A stretch of 64,000 nt of DNA, taken from the IMG/VR virus record IMGVR_UViG_3300029310_000003. One strand, given 5' to 3'. The stretch's first letter is position 1. Each line of letters opens with the position of its first letter. This DNA comes from a virus. This document shows positions 22,605-31,600 of the stretch, piece after piece. The notes beneath the pieces were generated by a model that saw nothing but the letters and a program-made list of their open reading frames with translations, was not told the DNA's origin and did not search any database. A program made the position numbers and the translations under genes.

Positions 22605-22877
22605 TCAATCCTTCAAAACCGTTTCGAGAATTCTGCTCGTGCTTTCAATTCCGTACCGGTCCGCCAGCTTTTCCACGAATTTCAGCGCGTACTTGCTCCG
22701 GTTTTCATTTTTGGCCTTCCAGAAATAAAAGCCGGTCGCAGCACCGCACTCCGCGATCCACGCGCAGAGCACCGCCGCAGCGGAGCTTTTGTCCGACTCC
22801 GCCAGAAAAACGAAGATCAGCACCGCCAGCACGAAATACGAAAAAACGAGAATTTTCTTGCTCCATTCCATTCTCAT
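22605..22877 (-). CDS. two-TM membrane protein of the lysis cassette (90 aa)
   Basis: ATG overlaps the upstream stop (ATGA). TMs 'ILVFSYFVLAVLIFVFL' and 'AAVLCAWIAECGAATGFYFW'. Confidence 0.55.
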   Translation of the reverse strand: MRMEWSKKILVFSYFVLAVLIFVFLAESDKSSAAAVLCAWIAECGAATGFYFWKAKNENRSKYALKFVEKLADRYGIESTSRILETVLKD

Positions 22878-23179
22878 GACACCACTTCCCATTCGTCCAC
22901 TTCCCTCTTGATCTTGTCGATGAAGGAATTTCCGTGGAGCGCCTTGTATGCGTCGTACTCGTACTGGAAATTTTCCGACTCATACTGCCGAATTTTCTGT
23001 TTTTCCTTGTTTTTGTAGTAGGTGTGCAGCATATCGGCGCGAAGCTGACATTTCATCCCATCCTTGATGGCTTTTGAGCCAAGCACACGCTCCCGCAGCG
23101 GCCGGACGAGCGCGACCAGCAAAACGCCGATGGTCGTAATTCCTCCGCAGACCGATACCACGTCCTTGAAAACTTCCAT
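22874..23179 (-). CDS. single-TM membrane protein (101 aa)
   Basis: Internal ATG (MEVFKDVV...) 7 nt after GGAG. TM 'VCGGITTIGVLLVALV'. Confidence 0.5.
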   Translation of the reverse strand: MEVFKDVVSVCGGITTIGVLLVALVRPLRERVLGSKAIKDGMKCQLRADMLHTYYKNKEKQKIRQYESENFQYEYDAYKALHGNSFIDKIKREVDEWEVVS

Positions 23180-23307
23180 TCCATTTCTCCTATCGTCATT
23201 TTTTATAAAGCTTCCGGATTCCCGCAACAGGGGGAGGAATCCAGTTTCTCCCGAAAAAGTGCGCGCACGCGCGAATTCCAAAGACCGTATCTCTCCAAAA
23301 CCGCCCG

Positions 23308-23487
23308 TTACTGCGCATCCTTTTTCTCCTTTCTGTCCGCTGGAATTTTCCGAACCTCTGCGATCTCCGGATTGCTCTTCCGGAACTGCCGTCCCTCGCA
23401 GTAGAAGAATTTTCCGTCCTCGGAAAGCACCGGGATTTTTTCACCGCTCGCAAAAACCAGAACCTTTCCGTATTTCCTTGCGCTCAA
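23308..23487 (-). CDS. hypothetical small protein (59 aa), TTG start
   Basis: TTG 6 nt after GGGAGG. The track's longer start would overlap the upstream gene. Confidence 0.35.
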   Translation of the reverse strand: MSARKYGKVLVFASGEKIPVLSEDGKFFYCEGRQFRKSNPEIAEVRKIPADRKEKKDAQ

Positions 23488-23506
23488 AGCCGTACCTCCC
23501 TTCTGC

Positions 23507-24772
23507 CTATGCCGGCCAGTTTGTGACGGTCGCAATGGGAAAATCATTGACCGATACCGCCGAGATCGTCATGCTTCCGTTTCCGGTCAGAGGCCGGGAA
23601 TAGCCCTGAATGAGATGGCGCTCCACGGGCGCACCCGGCTTGTCCGTTCTGCATATCGAGCATAGGTTATTTTCAAAAATGTGCATGATCTGTGAGCACG
23701 AGATGGAGACCGCCTTCTGCAAAACCGCCGACCGCTTGAGCTTCCACACCGCCAGATCCTCGCACTGCTTTTTCGTGTAATACCCGGAGGCCGATTCCCG
23801 GAGCGTTTTCCGGCCGATTGCAAAAACGTTCGTGTCCGACGCCGGGTCAAGATTCTGCGCACGACCGGCCGCCTGCGGGTTTCCGTCCTCCTGTTCTCCC
23901 AGAATAATGTAATCGTTGTAGACATCGTTGTTTTTGACCGTGTACGTCGCGCCAAGCAGCGAAGCCTCATCCGTCGAAAACTGCCACAAAACGGGCTTGT
24001 TCACGTCCAGAATATCGTCCTGCGAAGGCTCGACACGCAGCGCACCGTTCGGGTCATACCCGACGAGAGCGCCGAGCATTTCCGAAAGTCCCAGAACCAC
24101 GTCCGCATAGCTCCCATCGTCGGAATCCACGCGGAACGTATACGGCGTGCTCGTCAGCAGGACTGTTCCGCCTCCGGGAAGCACCTGCGTTTTTCCGTTG
24201 TAATACTCCGTAAAAACCGGAGCCACCGGATCGACCTTGTATCCATTTCCACGGTCGAGCGCCAGAATCGCAGAAATTGGATTGAACACATAAGTCCCGA
24301 TGGGGACCTCATACGTCGCCTCGAGCTTTCCGAAAAGCGTCCCGTCCAGATACGCCCATTTGTCCACTAAGGGAAATTCCATCGTCCTCTGGCCGGGCTG
24401 CAAGGTCTCCACCGGCTCGGAAACGTAGAAAACGCCCTGCTGGATGTAAAAATCGGAGCCGTCCGAAAGCACCAGACCCTCGTCAATGGCGATCTGCTGA
24501 CCAAACCAGATGTTGTTGACGTTGTAGTCATACTCCGCGTCCAGATTCGACAGCAGAACGTTCGCCGTCCGTCTCTGGCCGTTCTGGAGATTTCCGGAGA
24601 TGGTCCCCTCCGCCAGAAAAGCGCCGCTTCTCCGATTGAGTGGATTGTTGTCCAGCGCAAAGGCCGTGGAGCCGTCCGGCTGCAAAAAGCGCAGCCGGCA
24701 CAGCTTCGTAAACGGCGTTCTAAGCTGCCGCAGATAATCGTTCATTTTTTCCGCGTAGGTCGTAAAAGCCAT
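23507..24772 (-). CDS. tail-tip/baseplate-associated structural protein (421 aa)
   Basis: Second gene downstream of the tape measure gene, last large gene before the lysis cassette. The call is positional. Confidence 0.55.
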   Translation of the reverse strand: MAFTTYAEKMNDYLRQLRTPFTKLCRLRFLQPDGSTAFALDNNPLNRRSGAFLAEGTISGNLQNGQRRTANVLLSNLDAEYDYNVNNIWFGQQIAIDEGLVLSDGSDFYIQQGVFYVSEPVETLQPGQRTMEFPLVDKWAYLDGTLFGKLEATYEVPIGTYVFNPISAILALDRGNGYKVDPVAPVFTEYYNGKTQVLPGGGTVLLTSTPYTFRVDSDDGSYADVVLGLSEMLGALVGYDPNGALRVEPSQDDILDVNKPVLWQFSTDEASLLGATYTVKNNDVYNDYIILGEQEDGNPQAAGRAQNLDPASDTNVFAIGRKTLRESASGYYTKKQCEDLAVWKLKRSAVLQKAVSISCSQIMHIFENNLCSICRTDKPGAPVERHLIQGYSRPLTGNGSMTISAVSVNDFPIATVTNWPA

Positions 24773-24785
24773 TTTTCAGCCTCCC

Positions 24786-27700
24786 TCAATACGGCCATGC
24801 ATCGTCCTGCTGTGTCAGCACGATCTGCACATTTTCCGCGCTTCCGACCTCCGCCCATGGAAGGCTGACGGTCTGGGCCTGACAAACGGCGTCGTCCATC
24901 GTCTCCATTGTGACCGGCCCGGAAATGCGGATCTTCATGAGTTCTCCCTTGCGGTTTTTGAGGAACAGCGTCCTCTGCGTCACGGAAAGCCCGTAGACGG
25001 CTTTTTTTAGCTCCGGGGTGTCGGAATACGTTCCTTCCGTGATCGTCCCGATGAGGCTTTGCAGCGTACCGCTCCGGTAATTCTGCGGAGCCGCCTGAAT
25101 CGTGGGATACGGCGTAAAGTTCTGCAAAACCTGCGGCGCGTTGTTGTTCGAGACCGCTCCGGAAACCAGATTTTTTCCGAACCGGAAAATTTCCTGCGCG
25201 TGATAAATTCCCTTCGCATCCTGTGTGCAGGAGAGAATGGTCCAATCCCAGAAACACGGCGTGATTTCGTTGGAAATGAGCGCCGAGGAGGAATATTTGT
25301 CTCCGCCGATGCCGTAGGCGTAGTAGGTGTAATTTTTTCCGGTCGCCGCACCGCAGTCAAACAGCACGTCTCCGTAGGCCGAATCCGTGTCCAGCACATG
25401 CTCCAGAACGGCGCTTCCTTCGGTCTTGCGGTAAATCGCGAAGGAGAAAATTTTCGTGTCTCCGACGCCGCCGCCGTTTGCCGAGCCGTCGAAGTCCGCA
25501 AAGAACCGCGATGCCAGATCGTTCGGGTGATAGCTCCCGTCTGTAAGGATCTTGTTGATGGTCTCCTCGGAAAGCTTCCCGTTCGAGACAAACAGATAGT
25601 CACAGCTCTGCACGCCGTCCAGCTCCAGCGCCGTGATGTACTCCCACGGGATCGGCACGGAAACCGAATCCGCCGCACCGCCGCCGCAGAAGAAAATGCT
25701 CGTCCCATCGCTCACAATGGAAAGGAAATTTCCGTCCGGGACCGGCTTTGTCTGCGTGATCGTGTCGTTCAGCTTGAATTTCAGCGTCCCTTCCGCACTT
25801 TCCGGTATCACAGCGCCGGTGTTTCCGTTGAACGGAAGCGCCAGAAATTCGCTGTTCCCGTAGCATACCGCGTTAAAAACCGCGCCGCCGGGTCCGTCCA
25901 CATAGGCCCACGAAATTCCGTCGCTCGAAAGCAGAACGCGCGGAGCGACGCACGTCGCCAGGAACCTCCCGTTTCCGAACGCCACGCGGTTGGCAGGGAC
26001 GGAGAAGCTGTTCTTTGTCCACGTGACTGCGTCCGCCGAATAGGCAAACGCACTGTTCCCGACCGCAACGAACTTCCCGTTTCCATAGCAGATATCCGTC
26101 ACTTGGAAGCCAAGCTCCGCCTTCGTCCAGCTGATACCGTCCGCCGAAGAAATGCAGTAGCCCCCGGCAACCGCCGCAAATTTTCCGCCTCCGTAGCAAA
26201 CGGAAAGTGCCAGCACGCCGGAGGGCGGCGTACCGCCCAGCGTCCACGTTTTTCCGTCCGTGGAAATGGCGCATTCGTAAAAACCGATGGCGAGGAATTT
26301 TCCGTTTCCGTAGCAAATGTCCTGCCATGCCGCCGTTTTCGGCAGATCGTAATATGCCCAGTTGACCCCGTCCGCAGAAAGCGCAGATTTGATTCCGCTG
26401 CTTCCCGCCTCAATCGCCACAAATTTTCCGTCTCCAAAGCAGATTCTTTGCCAGTGGTACGATGCGTCCAGACCGGAATTCGTCCACGTTTTCCCATCTG
26501 CCGAATACGCGCCCGTGCTGTTCCGAAGAACGGCGACGTATTTTCCGTTCCCGTAGCAGACATCATCCCAGTATCCAGAAGCCGGCATCGTCATCGTCTC
26601 ATAGAGCGTGTTCGATTCCGCCGTGACCGTAAGCGTGCAGTCCGAAAGTCCGCCGCTTTCCGTCACAACGGCCATTTTCTGTGCGCTGTCGGCGACCGCC
26701 GCAAAGCCTTCTCCGCCATAGCATACCGCGTTCCAGTTTGCAGCCATCGGCATCGTGTCCGCCGTCCATACCGCGCCGTCCTGCGATTTTGCGCAGACCG
26801 TCCCGCCGGAAGAAACGGCAAAAAACCGTCCGTCTCCGTAGGCGACCGCCGTCCAGTCCGCATCCTGCGGCATGTTCCGGCTGTACCACGTCACGCCGTC
26901 CGAGGAATACGCGCAGATCTTTCCGGTCTGTACTGCCACAAAAATGCCGTCTCCGCAGCATACCGCGTTCCAGCATCCGAATTCCGGCAGAGAGCAGCGC
27001 GTCCACGAAAGGCCGTCCGAGGAGATCGCCGCATCCGCGCTGGAATTTGCGACCGCCACGAACATCCCGGCTCCGTAGCAAACGGAATACCATGTACCGG
27101 GAAAACTGACCGCGCCGGAGCTTCCGGCGTTTACGAGCGTGACGTTTCCATCTCCGTCGTCGCTTGCATAGACCGCTCCGCCGTCCGCTTCCATCGTGAT
27201 CTCGCCGTTTCCGCCGTCGGTGCAGGTCCCGGAAAACTGCGTGATGTCGAGATTTCCGCTTCCGTCGTCCGTCACGCTCATGCCGGAGTTTCCGCCAGAG
27301 CCGCCCCAGTGGATGCCGTCCTCCGACCGTGCAAAATAATCATGCGCAGCGGCAACGAAATATCCGCCTCCGTAGCAGACCGAATTCCAGTAGGCCGATA
27401 CCGGCAGATTCGCCTTCGTCCATGTCTTTCCGTCCGCCGAATAGGCCGCAATGGCGCTGTCGCACGCAACGGCCACGAATTTGCCGCCGCCGTAGCAGAC
27501 GGAAAACCAGCCCGCACCCTCTGCGGGCGATTCCGCCGCCGTCCACGTCTCCCCTTCATCGGTCGAATAGGCCATCTCTCCGGAGGCCGCGACCGCCACA
27601 TACACCCCGTTTCCGTAGGCAATGCCGTCCCAGCAGGCCGCCGCCGGCAGCGTCTGAATTTCCGCCGAGGTGCGCATTTTTCCGGAGACCTTCAAAAGCG

Positions 27701-28622
27701 TGCCGTTTGCGTTCGGCATCCCGCGCCATACAATGTCCAGCGGCGCGTCCAGCCGCATGTCCGCGCTGTTGACCTTGTTCCAGACCGCCTTCGCGCCTGC
27801 GGGAAGATTCAGAAAGCTTCCGGACATCGTTGTGTTTCCGGTCAGTTTCGCCGGAATGTCCCGCGTCGCAGGGAAATTGAGCTTGACGCCGCTCACGCCG
27901 TTCACCGGACACGCGCGGAGCGTCCCAAGGAACGGCTGTGTCTGATACGATACTGAAAACGCCACAAAACCCGTGGAGGCCTCGATTCCATTCTGCGTCT
28001 GTACCGTGCAGCGCACGGCGTACCGCCTCCCGGAGAAAAATCCGTCGTAGTCGAACCGGAGCTGGGCCGTTCCGTAAATTCTCCCGGTGTCACGGAGAAT
28101 GTCATACTCCGTCCCGTCCACAAGCGCCAGCTCCCAGCGCACCCAGTTCAGATTGTCACCCTGTGCCTGCGTATACTCCGCAGAGAACGAGGCGCTCTTG
28201 GCCGCGACCGGGGACGGGATCGTCCCCATCGTGACCACCGGCGCAGCCCTTGTGATGAAAACGCTTGCGCTCGACTGCGTGACAAAGTCCGACGCGCTCC
28301 ACCACTGCGTAATGAGAATTTTGTATTCGTTTCCGTTTGTGATCTTGGCCGTCTGGAGCGCGGACGCGGAAATGGTGTAGCTGAAAAACTGCACATTTCC
28401 TGCGTAGTCCACGCCGTAGAACGGGCATCCCGTGCTGATCTTGCCCGTCGAATAGACCTGATCGGAGGTCGAATTGTTCTTGCAGATGACGATCTGATAG
28501 CTCACCATCGCAGAATTTCCGTTGACCTGCCAGCTCACGGTGAGATCCTTCGAGGCGTCCACAACGCCGTTTCCAAGTCCTCCCGTCATGCTCGGATAAA
28601 TATTGGTCGGCTGATAAAGCAT
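24786..28622 (-). CDS. large tail protein with 14 BNR/Asp-box beta-propeller blades (putative receptor-binding protein)
   Basis: ATG 6 nt after GGGAGGA. 14 repeats of 'W..VCYG.GKFVAV...S.DG..W'. Immediately downstream of the tape measure gene. Confidence 0.75.
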   Translation of the reverse strand: MLYQPTNIYPSMTGGLGNGVVDASKDLTVSWQVNGNSAMVSYQIVICKNNSTSDQVYSTGKISTGCPFYGVDYAGNVQFFSYTISASALQTAKITNGNEYKILITQWWSASDFVTQSSASVFITRAAPVVTMGTIPSPVAAKSASFSAEYTQAQGDNLNWVRWELALVDGTEYDILRDTGRIYGTAQLRFDYDGFFSGRRYAVRCTVQTQNGIEASTGFVAFSVSYQTQPFLGTLRACPVNGVSGVKLNFPATRDIPAKLTGNTTMSGSFLNLPAGAKAVWNKVNSADMRLDAPLDIVWRGMPNANGTLLKVSGKMRTSAEIQTLPAAACWDGIAYGNGVYVAVAASGEMAYSTDEGETWTAAESPAEGAGWFSVCYGGGKFVAVACDSAIAAYSADGKTWTKANLPVSAYWNSVCYGGGYFVAAAHDYFARSEDGIHWGGSGGNSGMSVTDDGSGNLDITQFSGTCTDGGNGEITMEADGGAVYASDDGDGNVTLVNAGSSGAVSFPGTWYSVCYGAGMFVAVANSSADAAISSDGLSWTRCSLPEFGCWNAVCCGDGIFVAVQTGKICAYSSDGVTWYSRNMPQDADWTAVAYGDGRFFAVSSGGTVCAKSQDGAVWTADTMPMAANWNAVCYGGEGFAAVADSAQKMAVVTESGGLSDCTLTVTAESNTLYETMTMPASGYWDDVCYGNGKYVAVLRNSTGAYSADGKTWTNSGLDASYHWQRICFGDGKFVAIEAGSSGIKSALSADGVNWAYYDLPKTAAWQDICYGNGKFLAIGFYECAISTDGKTWTLGGTPPSGVLALSVCYGGGKFAAVAGGYCISSADGISWTKAELGFQVTDICYGNGKFVAVGNSAFAYSADAVTWTKNSFSVPANRVAFGNGRFLATCVAPRVLLSSDGISWAYVDGPGGAVFNAVCYGNSEFLALPFNGNTGAVIPESAEGTLKFKLNDTITQTKPVPDGNFLSIVSDGTSIFFCGGGAADSVSVPIPWEYITALELDGVQSCDYLFVSNGKLSEETINKILTDGSYHPNDLASRFFADFDGSANGGGVGDTKIFSFAIYRKTEGSAVLEHVLDTDSAYGDVLFDCGAATGKNYTYYAYGIGGDKYSSSALISNEITPCFWDWTILSCTQDAKGIYHAQEIFRFGKNLVSGAVSNNNAPQVLQNFTPYPTIQAAPQNYRSGTLQSLIGTITEGTYSDTPELKKAVYGLSVTQRTLFLKNRKGELMKIRISGPVTMETMDDAVCQAQTVSLPWAEVGSAENVQIVLTQQDDAWPY

Positions 28623-28638
28623 CGCGTTTCCTCCCGCC

Positions 28639-31600
28639 TCACATATTTTTCTGGATCGCCAGCGTCGCCGCAGACCGCGCGAAATCCGCCACACTCATGC
28701 CTCGTGCGCGTCCCTCGGAGATCGTCACCCCTCCGAAGCTGTAAAAGCTGCATCCGTTCTGCTGTGTACCGACGTGGTGATCGTCATACGTCGAGCCTGC
28801 GAAAACGTTGGAATTCCGCAGATCTCCGCAGAGCGCCGCGCGCATCCGGTCCATCCCGCGCTCAAACCGCGCGTCCGCCTGCGGGACCAGAAGCATATTC
28901 TGGATGGCCCTTGTGATGTCCGGCGGCAGCACCATTTCCGGCTCCGCCGTAGCCTTGATCCCGCCGATCCCTTCGAGGATTCCGCCCCGGTCGTATACCG
29001 TGTAGACCTTTCCGTCCTTCTTCGTGATGGAGGTCGTCCCGTCGTAGTTTTTCAGCCACGACGTGCCGTCTCCGCCGGTCATTCTGGCTCCCGCCGCCTC
29101 GTAATTGAGGAAATCCAGACCCTTCTTGGAGCTGATGGTGTACCGGGAGCCGTCCTGCGCGTAGGCGTAGACCGTCCCGCTGTATTTCAGTCCGCTTCCG
29201 GAGCCGCCGGAGCCGCCGGAGCCTCCGGAGGAATCCCCACCCGGCGGCGCGTCGTACTGTCCGCCGTAATTGTAGGTGGTCTGATTTTTGTCCACCAGCT
29301 GAGACTGATACGTTCCGTCCGGATTGACGCCGATAATTTCATAAGTGCCGCCGCCTGTGACCACGCGGTCGCCCACGGAAAGCCCGGAGGGCGCTTTTCC
29401 GTCCGCGCCGACCTTCACGATGCGGTTTGCCGTTTCGTTCACCGCATCGGAGAGCTTCGACACGTCCACGCCGAACTGCCGGAAAATGTCCGCGTTTTCG
29501 AGAATGATCTTTTTCAGCTCCGGCGTCGCATTTTTCCAGATGTCCTGCAGGATCTCCCCGATCCCGCGCGTCTTGGCCTTGAGCGAATCGAGGAAATTGT
29601 TGTACTGCCGTTCCAGCGCGTCATACTGCGCGTTGATGGCGTCCTTCCGCGCCTCAATTTCCGCCACAGCCGCGTTGTACGCCAGATCGTCCTGAAAATC
29701 CTTGAGGTCCTTTTCAGCCTTTTCCAGAGAATCCTTCGCAGACTTGACGTTTCCCTCGTCCGCGACCCATTCCCACTGTCCCGTCGAAGCGTTCCACTGC
29801 CGGACCGTCCGCTCGTTCTGAGCGTTCGCAAGGTCCGCCTGTGCCTTCTGAACTGCGAGAATTTTTTCCTCCAGCGTCAGCTGGTCGTCCTTTGTCTCCT
29901 TCTGCCGTTTGAGCGCGTCGAGCTGCGCGTCCAGCGCGGCCAGCTCCGCATCCCTCGCATCCTGCTGGGAGCTGAGAGAATCCTGCATCGCATCCTTCAG
30001 CTCCGAAAGCAGGTCGTCCATGCTCTTCGTCTGCTCTTTGATCTTTTTCTGCCAGTCGTACCATTCCGAGGAAAGGTCGTTGATGTCGGCCTGACTGGCT
30101 CCGATGGAGCGCATATAATCCGCCTGTGCGGAAAGCGCGTCCTGAATTTCGCGCATTTTGGCCTTCTGCGCGTCCTCGCTGGCTCCCTGCTTTTCCAGCA
30201 GCGTCAGCTCGGATTTCAGCAGCGTCACGCGTTCCTTGTGCGCTGTCAGCGTCGCATCCGACGAGCTTCCGCCACCACCGGAGCCGGAACCCTTGGAACC
30301 GGAGCTGCCGGACTTGTTCCACGAACTTTCGCTGTAATCAAAGGAATCGTAAATCCCCTGAAGAAGCTTCTGTTCGCCCTCTTCATAGCTTCCTACCTGT
30401 CCGGTTTGAATCCATCCCTTGATGGTCCTGTCCGCGTCGGAGGATTTGATCCCGCTGATCGATGCAATGGAAGCCGCCGTTGCACCCGCCGCGCGTCCAA
30501 GCGCAACGACCTGCGCGATCTGCGCGGAAAGGTCAAGTCCCGTCTCGTTGAGCTTGATGATCTCCAGCGCCAGATCGTAAAGCGCTTTTCCGGAGTATCC
30601 GGCATTTTCCGCAACATCGAGCAGGGAAGAAACGAATTTCGCTGCCGCCTCGTCCGCGCTGGACGAAGCGCCGATCTGCTGCTGTGTCGCGTCCACATCC
30701 TCGAGGATCGCACTTGCCACCGCCTTGAGCGATTCTTCCGTGATCCGAAGCTGTCCGTCCTCGTCGGTCAGCATCTCCACATATTTATCACTCAGCCCGA
30801 TCAGGCTCTGCAGCGTGGAGGCGGAGATATTTCCGTTGATGCGGTATTCACCGAGCGCCGCCGATACCGCCGCAAGGTCGCTTTGCTGTGTTTTCAGCGC
30901 CTTGCCGTATTCCTGAATTTTCGAGACCTTTTCAGAAGTTTTCTGATTGTTCTCATCTGTGAGCTGATTGTTCTCCTCCAGCAGCTCATTTTCGCGCCCG
31001 TAACTGTCCAGAGTCCCGTCGCGCACCGCCTGAAGCTTGTTTTCCAGCTCCGTCTGATTCGCAATGGCTGTGTTATAATCCTCGACTGCCGACTTGACGC
31101 CGTTTATGAGCTTTTCATTGCTGGAATACTGGTTTTCGCCGAAAATTTTCGTTGCGTCCTGTTTTCCTGCATCGATTAGTTCCTTGCGGGCTTCCAGATT
31201 TTTCTGATAGTCCTTGATAACGGCTTCTGCACTGTCCAGTTCCAGCGCACCTGCCATCTGCGAACCGTAGGTGTCCTCCGCTGCGGCAATGAGCGCCTTT
31301 TCCGCCGCGATCGTCGCAGCCTTTGCGTCGTAAAGAGCCGCCTCGAGGGCCGATTCCGTAGAGGCCCGAATTGCCTCGTCCAGACTTCCGTATTTTGCCG
31401 TCAGATCGTCTACGCTTTCCTTTTCGTATCCGAGTTTTTTCAGCAGCCGGTCCGTCGCGTCCTCGAAGTCCTTTTTGGAGCCGGCACCGGTCTCATAGGA
31501 GCTTTTCAGATCGGAATAGGTCTGGTAGAGAGACTGAATTTCCTCGGCCTCCCGAGCCGCAGCCTTTCCGGCTTCCAGCGCTTTTTGCCGTGCTTCCTCC

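Noticed and set aside
25059-27956. 965-aa plus-strand ORF. Similar long mirror ORFs occur at 28774..31179, 20655..22304, 31585..32964, 53007..54497, 45207..46586 and 46588..47832.
   Set aside because: They lie antisense to well-supported structural genes. They are Arg/Pro/Gly-rich with no RBS and no recognisable domains, which is typical of shadow ORFs in GC-rich coding DNA.
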